Source of the DNA: an uncultured archaeon
GTDB taxonomy: Archaea; Iainarchaeota; Iainarchaeia; Iainarchaeales; Iainarchaeaceae
Direction of reading: 5' to 3'
Length of the DNA: 32,000 bases
NCBI GenBank assembly: GCA_964577555.1
Contig: CAZNZM010000002.1
Span: 63,012-95,011, forward strand
Numbering within the stretch: the stretch's first letter is position 1; each line of letters begins with the position of its first letter. Below the pieces are notes generated by a model. That model searched no databases. It saw nothing but the letters and a program-made list of their open reading frames with translations, and had not been told where the DNA came from. Positions 25,720-32,000 of this stretch are shown one piece after another. The position numbers and the translations under genes are program-made.

Positions 25720-26073
25720 ATGAAAATCGCTTTGATAACTTCAAAAAAGTCCGTTATTGACCCGACTGAGTTGATAGAATCAGAATTAAAGAGCAGGGTA
25801 ATTGGGGTGGATGTTGTAAGAAAAGTAGCAATTAACAATCTTGAAATTTTTAGAGAGGTAAAATCTTATTATGGTTTTGATGTGATATGTGTTTTGCTTT
25901 ATTATGAAGAGTCTTCTCCTGATATTGAAGTTTTGATTCAGAAGCTTATTGATTTACAGATAAAGAATGCCAATGTAATAAGTTTTGTAGAAAAATTTTC
26001 AGGTGATGACGCAAAAGAAATTGGAATGTTGGTTGTTGATGAGTTGATAAAAAAATTTATTAAAGTCAATTGA
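25720..26073 (+). CDS. Small alpha/beta protein, possibly lumazine/riboflavin synthase-like fold
   Basis: 117 aa: MKIALITSKKSVIDPTELIESELKSRVIGVDVVRKVAINNLEIFREVKSYYGFDVICVLLYY...NANVISFVEKFSGDDAKEIGMLVVDELIKKF. Gene support fair, family assignment weak. Confidence 0.4.
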   Translation: MKIALITSKKSVIDPTELIESELKSRVIGVDVVRKVAINNLEIFREVKSYYGFDVICVLLYYEESSPDIEVLIQKLIDLQIKNANVISFVEKFSGDDAKEIGMLVVDELIKKFIKVN

Positions 26074-26090
26074 CTATATTATGGGATTTT

Positions 26091-27239
26091 TCATTCTTCA
26101 AAATTTTCTTTATTTTTTTCTGCTTCTTTTGTTTTTTTGTTGAATATTTCTTTTATTTTTTGGTGCCTTTGTATTGTCTTTGCAATGAGTTTGGCTTGGT
26201 GCATGTTTTCTTCCATTTCAGTTATCTTTTTTTCCCTTTGCAAAATCGCTTCTTGCAAATTTTTGATGTGTTCAGATTTTTCTTTTAGCTCTTTTTTTAG
26301 TCTGTCTATTTCCGTTTTGTATTTGTTTTCAAGTTCGTTTTTGTAGGATAGTTTTTCTTCTTGCAGGTTTAGCAGTTCTTTTGAGTATGTTCCTCTTAGT
26401 TGGAGTGTTTCTTGTTCTATTTCTAAAAGAACTTTTTTTGCGTAGTCTCTTTCTTTTTTTAGCATTGTTATGAGTTCGAATGTTTTGGCAGTTAATTGGC
26501 TTTGAATTTCGTCTATTTCAGCCATTTCTGAGTTGAGCTCTATTGTTTTTTGTTCTAATTGTTCGAATGCTGTTTTTGCATTTTCAATGGTTTTTTTTGC
26601 GGCTGATGTTTTTCCTTCAATTTTTCTTGAAAGTTCGTTTAATTGTTGTTCTAATTCTATTGAATTTTCTTTTTGTATTATCCCCATGAATGTGTTTTTT
26701 CTTATTTCGTCGTATTTTTTTCTCAATTCTTGTATTTCTTCTTCTCTTTTTTCAAGTATTTCAAGCATGTTTCTTTGTACTGCTTTTGTTTGCATTATTG
26801 GTTCTTTTTTTCTTTCAATTATTCTAAGTTTGTCTAATAGGTATGCGCTTTTTAGCAGTATTGCGAGTGTTTTTTGTTCTAAATCAGAGTATAGTTCAGG
26901 CGTTGCTATAGAGTCAGCTATTCCTTCTATTCCTTGTTTTTTGATTTTGTTCATTCTTGCTTCTTCCATTTCCTTGTTTCTTTGAAGTATTGTAATTAAT
27001 TTTGATATTTCTTCAATGTGTTTTGTTATGTCTGGTAAACCTTCTGTTTTTTTTTCTTTGGCAATATTTTCAATTTGTTTGAAGAGGTTTTTTATTTCTT
27101 CAAGTCCTGGGATTATTGTGCTTGCATTGTATATGAATCCTCCTCTGGAAAATTCCGCCCAATGTCTTGCTGTTGTTTTTCGCCTTAAATCTGTTGCTTT
27201 TTCTTCTATTTTTTCGCATATTTCAAATATTTCAACCAT
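26091..27239 (-). CDS. Long coiled-coil protein
   Basis: 382 aa dominated by E/K/L heptad-like sequence from about residue 100 to the C-terminus. Confidence 0.75.
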   Translation of the reverse strand: MVEIFEICEKIEEKATDLRRKTTARHWAEFSRGGFIYNASTIIPGLEEIKNLFKQIENIAKEKKTEGLPDITKHIEEISKLITILQRNKEMEEARMNKIKKQGIEGIADSIATPELYSDLEQKTLAILLKSAYLLDKLRIIERKKEPIMQTKAVQRNMLEILEKREEEIQELRKKYDEIRKNTFMGIIQKENSIELEQQLNELSRKIEGKTSAAKKTIENAKTAFEQLEQKTIELNSEMAEIDEIQSQLTAKTFELITMLKKERDYAKKVLLEIEQETLQLRGTYSKELLNLQEEKLSYKNELENKYKTEIDRLKKELKEKSEHIKNLQEAILQREKKITEMEENMHQAKLIAKTIQRHQKIKEIFNKKTKEAEKNKENFEE

Positions 27240-27387
27240 GCTAATATGATGCTTTAGAAGTTTAAATAATTGTTTTTGTTTGTTCTTTTGTGAAATTATT
27301 GTCTCAAATAAATAATTGTTTTTGTTGAGTTTTATTTTATTTCAAAACCGTAATTGTTTAATATATCATGGTATATATAATCAAAAC

Positions 27388-28899
27388 ATGTATGATAAAT
27401 ATGATGAACCTTATTCAAATCAGCCGCAACCTCCTCTTAATGATGGTTCTGGTGAAAGCCAAGAATTGATATCAGGCATATTGGATAAGGCAAAGCAATA
27501 TTGGTGGATTGTGTTATTGGTTTTTGTTGTTGTTTTTTTTGGTTATTTTTTATATGATTTTTTTGTAGGGAGTTTCAAGGAAGTGACTATCATAGCAATT
27601 GATACAGAGGGCAAGACGGTCTCTGCATCATTCAGGATATTGGATGAATCAGGCAATGAAATCAAAACAATAGATTCTGGGCAGAAAACGAGCCTAAAAA
27701 AAGGGGTTTATTATATAGATGGTGTTGCTTCTGGTTTCAAGGGAGTAGAGCAGGAACAAATAGAAGTGGAAAATGAAAGTTCTTTAAAAGTGGTTTTTGA
27801 AAAAGATTTTGATGTTAGAATTGACGGGGTTTTTCCGCAATCTTTTATAACTGGGGAAGAGAAAAAGATTCCTGTGACTTTTACTAATAATGGAAGTGAA
27901 TCAGTTGAAGTTGTGTTGTTGCTTGAAGGTGATGCAAAGAAGTCAATGGATTTGCAAACAAAATCATTTTTGGTATACTCTGGCACCCAGCAGGAAACAA
28001 TAGTTGTTAAAGTTAAAACCAATCCTGAAAATTCCGCGGTTGGTGAGAACAAAAATGGTGTGATTAGGATACAAGGACTTGGAAATTCAAGTGCAAAAAT
28101 AGAGGGAAAGTATTCTCTTTCAAAGTTTGATCCTGTTAAAGATATTGAAATTAGAATAGATGGTTACGATAAAGAGGTAAAGTATCAGAACATAAGGGCT
28201 GGCGAGGATGCGCCTGTAAAAAGTTTGAGGATACAAAACAAGTCCAATTTTGAAATTCAGCATATTCAAATAATTCTTGATATAACTGAAACGGAATTTT
28301 CTGAAAAGGAAAGCGTGAAAAATTGGTTTTCATTTAATCCTTCGAATGTTTTAAGTATTCCGCCAAAATCTGTGGAAAGTGTTAATATATTGCTTAAAGT
28401 GCCTGAACAAATTAAGTTTCCTGATGGGAAGTCTGATGAATTGGTTTCTGGCGTAATAATTGTAAAAATGTCTTTTTATGAAAAAAAATTCAATTTGAAT
28501 TTTAAGGTGGTTAAATCTGAGGCAAAAATATCTGTCAGCGGAATTCAGGAAACTTACATAATGAATAAAACTAATGGTGTTTATGTGCCAAAAACAGGTT
28601 TTATTGATATAAAAAATACTGGTGATTTGTTGTTGGATGATTTTGATTTGAGGATTGATTGTCCAGGTTCTGTTGGCATTAGTTGGCTTACCGTGAGTAA
28701 TCAAAAAACCGAGTATAGTTTTGAAAGGCTTGGAAAGGGTGAAACTCATAAAGTTCCGTATTCAATATCAGTGCCTAATTCTACTCCAGGCCTTACAACG
28801 GTTGATTGTACTTTAGGAGTGTTTTATAAAGATCCTAGTGGAACAACGAGGAAAAGCGAAGTTAAAACTATTATAACTACTGCAATGGAGAGGAATTAG
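27388..28899 (+). CDS. Single-pass membrane-anchored protein with extracytoplasmic beta-sandwich (PEGA/CARDB-like) repeats
   Basis: Cytoplasmic N-terminus, TM YWWIVLLVFVVVFFGYFLYDFFV, then IPVTFTNNGSESVEVVLLLEG, IQNKSNFEIQHIQIILDITE, IDIKNTGDLLLDDFDLRIDCPG. Confidence 0.75.
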   Translation: MYDKYDEPYSNQPQPPLNDGSGESQELISGILDKAKQYWWIVLLVFVVVFFGYFLYDFFVGSFKEVTIIAIDTEGKTVSASFRILDESGNEIKTIDSGQKTSLKKGVYYIDGVASGFKGVEQEQIEVENESSLKVVFEKDFDVRIDGVFPQSFITGEEKKIPVTFTNNGSESVEVVLLLEGDAKKSMDLQTKSFLVYSGTQQETIVVKVKTNPENSAVGENKNGVIRIQGLGNSSAKIEGKYSLSKFDPVKDIEIRIDGYDKEVKYQNIRAGEDAPVKSLRIQNKSNFEIQHIQIILDITETEFSEKESVKNWFSFNPSNVLSIPPKSVESVNILLKVPEQIKFPDGKSDELVSGVIIVKMSFYEKKFNLNFKVVKSEAKISVSGIQETYIMNKTNGVYVPKTGFIDIKNTGDLLLDDFDLRIDCPGSVGISWLTVSNQKTEYSFERLGKGETHKVPYSISVPNSTPGLTTVDCTLGVFYKDPSGTTRKSEVKTIITTAMERN

Positions 28900-28911
28900 T
28901 TATAATTTTTT

Positions 28912-29409
28912 TTAATTCGCTTTTTTGGAAAGTAGTTTAATTCTTGGTTTTATGTGGTTTTCCAAAAAATCTGTTATTTCTTCGGTGTTTAGTTTTTCGT
29001 AATTATTTAAAATTCTTTTCAAATTCACCAATTCTTTTTCCGGAAGCAATTCCTTGTAAATGGTATAAAAATGAGTTGCAATGGTGCGGCAATTTTTTCT
29101 GGCTAGATACATTTTTAATTGTTCTAAATCTGCAAGTTCTAATAAATAATCTGTTAATTCTAGTGGCTTGTTGTAAGATGTTTCAAATCTCAACTTTGTT
29201 AAAAGTATATTACGTGTTTTTTCTGCTTCTTTTAAAAGCATTAGTGTTTCTTCTGTTTTTGATTCAATTAATTCAATTAATTTTTTTCTTTCTTTTTTTA
29301 ATCTTTTAGCTAATGGAACTCCTAAAAAGCTTCTTATTTTTGATCGTGGGGTTTTTTTCAGGATTTTTAGAACATTTCTTCCTAATTTATAAGTTGTCAG
29401 GTTAGGCAT
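28912..29409 (-). CDS. Hypothetical helical protein
   Basis: 165 aa ORF, mostly charged helices (TEETLMLLKEAEKTRNILLTKLRFE...DYLLELADLEQLKMYLARKNCRTIATHFYTIYKELLPEKE). Confidence 0.6.
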   Translation of the reverse strand: MPNLTTYKLGRNVLKILKKTPRSKIRSFLGVPLAKRLKKERKKLIELIESKTEETLMLLKEAEKTRNILLTKLRFETSYNKPLELTDYLLELADLEQLKMYLARKNCRTIATHFYTIYKELLPEKELVNLKRILNNYEKLNTEEITDFLENHIKPRIKLLSKKAN

Positions 29410-29438
29410 ATAACTTTTATTTAATTATGTTTATAAAA

Positions 29439-29528
29439 AGCCACCGATGGGATTCGAACCCATGGCCTGCCGCTAATTCTGATTTTTTTTCATACGAAGC
29501 GGCTGCACTACCACTGTGCTACGGTGGC
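29439..29528 (-). tRNA. tRNA-Thr (anticodon CGT) with an 18-nt canonical-position intron (29475-29492)
   Basis: Minus strand GCCACCGTAGCACAGTGGTAGTGCAGCCGCTTCGTA[TGAAAAAAAATCAGAATT]AGCGGCAGGCCATGGGTTCGAATCCCATCGGTGGCT. Acceptor, D, anticodon and T arms pair; U73 discriminator. Confidence 0.9.
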
Positions 29529-29653
29529 TCTAAAGAAACAAATTAGCAAAGAAGCATTAAAACTTTGCATTTTTTAGGGTAAAATTTATTAAAAAATAGG
29601 TGAAAATCTTTTTTTAGTTGTGATTTTAATTATTTGCTTTAAATAATTGTTCC

Positions 29654-31141
29654 ATGGCACAAGATAGGGACTTTTCTGAAAAATTGACTAGTTATTTGAA
29701 GGAGAAGGGCTTTGTTTATGGTCCTGAGCCGGAAATATATGGTGGATTGGCTGGTTTTTATGCTTATGGGCCTTTGGGAAAGAGGCTCAAGAATAATGTT
29801 GAAGAAGTAATAAGAAAGCATTTTAACAGGGAAGGTTTTTTTGAAGTTGAATATCCTATTATTGCACCAGCTATTGTGTGGAAAGCTTCTGGGCACTTAG
29901 AAGGTTTTAATGATCCTGTAATACTCACGGAAGATGGTAAGGAGTCTTATAGGGCTGATAAACTGATTGAGGATGCTATTGGGGTTCAGGCTGATCATTT
30001 GAGCAATGAACAAATGCTTGAATTGATAAAGAAGCATAATATTAGGGCTCCAACAGGAAAAAAATTGGCTTTGAGAATAGAAAGGCAGAGCCTTATGATG
30101 CGAACTACGGTTGGTTCTAATATTGAAGCTTATAATCGTCCTGAAACGGCCACTACGACTTATTTAGGTTTCAAAAACTATGTTGAATTTTTTAGGGACA
30201 GGTTGCCTTTCAGTGTTTTTCAAATAGGCAAGGCGTTCAGGAATGAAATAAGTCCTAGGCAACATTTGTTGCGTTCAAGGGAATTTACTCAGGCTGAGAG
30301 CCAAACTGTGCTTTTTCCTGAAATGAAAGACAAGTGGGAAAAATTTGAATCGGTGAAAGGCGAGTCTCTTCCTCTTTGGTCTGAAGAAAGGCAGAAAAAA
30401 CAAAAGGAGCCTGAATTATTAATGCTTTCAACAGCAATTGAAAGAGGCATTATAAAAAACAAAGCTTATGCTTGGCACTTGAACTTGGCTTATAAAATGT
30501 TCCTTGATTTTGGAATTCCAAAAGAGAAGATGAGGATAAGGCAGCATCACTCTGATGAAAAAGCGTTTTACTCTGATGACACTTGGGACATTGAAGTAAA
30601 TTTAAGAAGCTTTGGTTGGGTGGAATTGTGCGGCATAAGTGACAGGACGAATTATGATTTGCAGCAGCATGCCAAGTTCAGCAAACAAAAAATGGTGGCG
30701 AGAAACCTTGATGGCAAAGAGGAAATTCCTCACATAATTGAAATTGCGTTTGGTGTTGACAGGCCTTTCTTTGCAATACTTGATTTGAATTATGATGAAA
30801 GGCCACAAGATGAACAACGCACGTTGCTAAAGATTCCTCCTTATTTGGCTCCAATACAAGTAGGAATATTGCCTCTCGTTAAAAAGGATGGTTTGGCTGA
30901 AAAAGGTTGGGAGATATTTGGGCATTTAAGCAAAAAATTCTTGTGTTATTATGATGAATCAGGCAGCATAGGCCGCAGATATAGTAGGTTGGATTCTGTT
31001 GGAACGCCTTTTTGCATTACAATAGATTATGATACTATGTCTGATGGTACTGTTACGATTAGGGAAAGGGACAATATGAAACAGCAAAGAATCAAAATTA
31101 ACGAGCTTGAAAAATTTTTAGAGGCGGTTTTGAATGGGTAA
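29654..31141 (+). CDS. glyS: Glycyl-tRNA synthetase (archaeal/eukaryotic alpha2 type)
   Basis: GFVYGPEPEIYGGLAGFYAYGPLG, FRNEISPRQHLLRSREFTQAE, GRRYSRLDSVGTPFCITIDYDTMSDGTVTIRERD. Confidence 0.97.
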   Translation: MAQDRDFSEKLTSYLKEKGFVYGPEPEIYGGLAGFYAYGPLGKRLKNNVEEVIRKHFNREGFFEVEYPIIAPAIVWKASGHLEGFNDPVILTEDGKESYRADKLIEDAIGVQADHLSNEQMLELIKKHNIRAPTGKKLALRIERQSLMMRTTVGSNIEAYNRPETATTTYLGFKNYVEFFRDRLPFSVFQIGKAFRNEISPRQHLLRSREFTQAESQTVLFPEMKDKWEKFESVKGESLPLWSEERQKKQKEPELLMLSTAIERGIIKNKAYAWHLNLAYKMFLDFGIPKEKMRIRQHHSDEKAFYSDDTWDIEVNLRSFGWVELCGISDRTNYDLQQHAKFSKQKMVARNLDGKEEIPHIIEIAFGVDRPFFAILDLNYDERPQDEQRTLLKIPPYLAPIQVGILPLVKKDGLAEKGWEIFGHLSKKFLCYYDESGSIGRRYSRLDSVGTPFCITIDYDTMSDGTVTIRERDNMKQQRIKINELEKFLEAVLNG

Positions 31142-32000
31142 AATTGATCAACTTAGAAGGAAGCTTATTGAATCAGCCAAGAAGAAAATACAAGAAAAAT
31201 ATAAGGAAAAAGAAGTTCATATAATAAAAGCGGTTAAGATACTTGAAGACCTTGACACAACTTCAAATTTGCTTATTGAACAGTTGCGTGAGTGGCATTC
31301 CTTGCATTTTCCAGAACTTAATGAAATTGTCAAGGATAATGAACAATACTTGAAATTGGTTTGTGAGTTGGGGGATAAAAGGAATTTTGTTGTAGAAAAA
31401 ATTTTTGAGGTTGTTACGAACAAAGTTTTGGCGGAAAAAATTTCGAAAGCTGCAAAAGAATCCATTGGCTCCGAAGCTTCGCAAAAGGATATTAATGAAA
31501 TGCAAGCATTGGCTTTGAATTGTTATAATTTGAAGATTGAAAGGGAAGCTCTGGCAAAGTATATTGAAACTGAAATGAAGAAAGAGTTGCCTGCATTTAC
31601 TGAACTTTGTGGGGCTATTTTGGGTGCGAAAATTCTTGCAAAGGCATTGGCAAAGAAAAGGCTGGCATTCATGCCTGCTTCAAGGTTGCAAGTAATTGGC
31701 GCGGAAAAATCTTTGTTTATGCATTTTAAGATGAAAGCCAAAAGTCCGAAGCATGGTTATATTTTTCAACACCCCCTCATACAAGGTTCAAAGCCTTATA
31801 ATCGTGGGAAAGTTGCAAGGCTTCTTGCTGCAAAATTGTCAGTAGCAGCGAAAATGGATTATTTTGGAGGCAAAGCTGACGTTTTGGGAATGAGAAGGGA
31901 GCTTGAGGAAAAAGTTCGTAAGATAAATGAAACAGGCAAAGGCATCAAAATTCAGGCAAAAAAAACTAGTTTAAAGTGGCGTAGCCAAAAAAGAAAAAGA
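31134..32000 (+). CDS. nop5: Nop5/Nop56/Nop58-like C/D sRNP core protein (3' end outside window)
   Basis: ATG at 31134 overlaps the glyS stop; frame open to 32000: ...MPASRLQVIGAEKSLFMHFKMKAKSPKHGYIFQHPLIQGSKPYNRGKVARLLAAKLSVAAKMDYFGG. Confidence 0.93.
   Translation, partial: MGKIDQLRRKLIESAKKKIQEKYKEKEVHIIKAVKILEDLDTTSNLLIEQLREWHSLHFPELNEIVKDNEQYLKLVCELGDKRNFVVEKIFEVVTNKVLAEKISKAAKESIGSEASQKDINEMQALALNCYNLKIEREALAKYIETEMKKELPAFTELCGAILGAKILAKALAKKRLAFMPASRLQVIGAEKSLFMHFKMKAKSPKHGYIFQHPLIQGSKPYNRGKVARLLAAKLSVAAKMDYFGGKADVLGMRRELEEKVRKINETGKGIKIQAKKTSLKWRSQKRKR

Noticed and set aside
26533-27249. Plus-strand hydrophobic ORFs opposite the coiled-coil gene
   Set aside because: Antisense of E/K-rich coiled-coil codons gives F/S/L-rich pseudo-membrane ORFs; no independent evidence.
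1-32000. CRISPR arrays, cas genes, transposases, integrases
   Set aside because: No regularly spaced direct repeats and no nuclease/integrase motifs seen in any listed ORF; only by-eye inspection was possible.

Overview
The window is archaeal chromosome of DPANN-like character. It is AT-rich, with compact housekeeping genes and coupled starts. Positions 1-6490 hold the classic archaeal exosome/proteasome superoperon: HD protein end, Pop5, PsmA, SBDS, Rrp4, Rrp41, Rrp42, L37Ae, RpoP, Pcc1, prefoldin beta and a DHH phosphoesterase. The remaining recognisable genes are ribBA, a DMT permease, a COG1709-type XRE regulator, an acdB-like ATP-grasp, a beta-CASP nuclease (aCPSF2-like), an NMD3-like protein, ftsZ, a CDP-DG synthase/DGK-like protein, pantoate kinase, hsp20, glyS and a nop5 start. 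There are two minus-strand tRNAs: Arg-CCT, and Thr-CGT with an 18-nt intron. The most interesting region is an apparently coupled cassette at about 10189-14633: small wHTH, V4R protein, KaiC-like ATPase, tandem V4R-like protein, highly divergent GGGP synthase-like TIM barrel, and HAD phosphatase. It faces a convergent wHTH regulator at 14635-15588. This could be a previously undescribed sensing, signalling or isoprenoid/phosphate-linked small-molecule system. That function is inference only. No CRISPR array or transposase was recognised. All family assignments come from motif reading without database searches.
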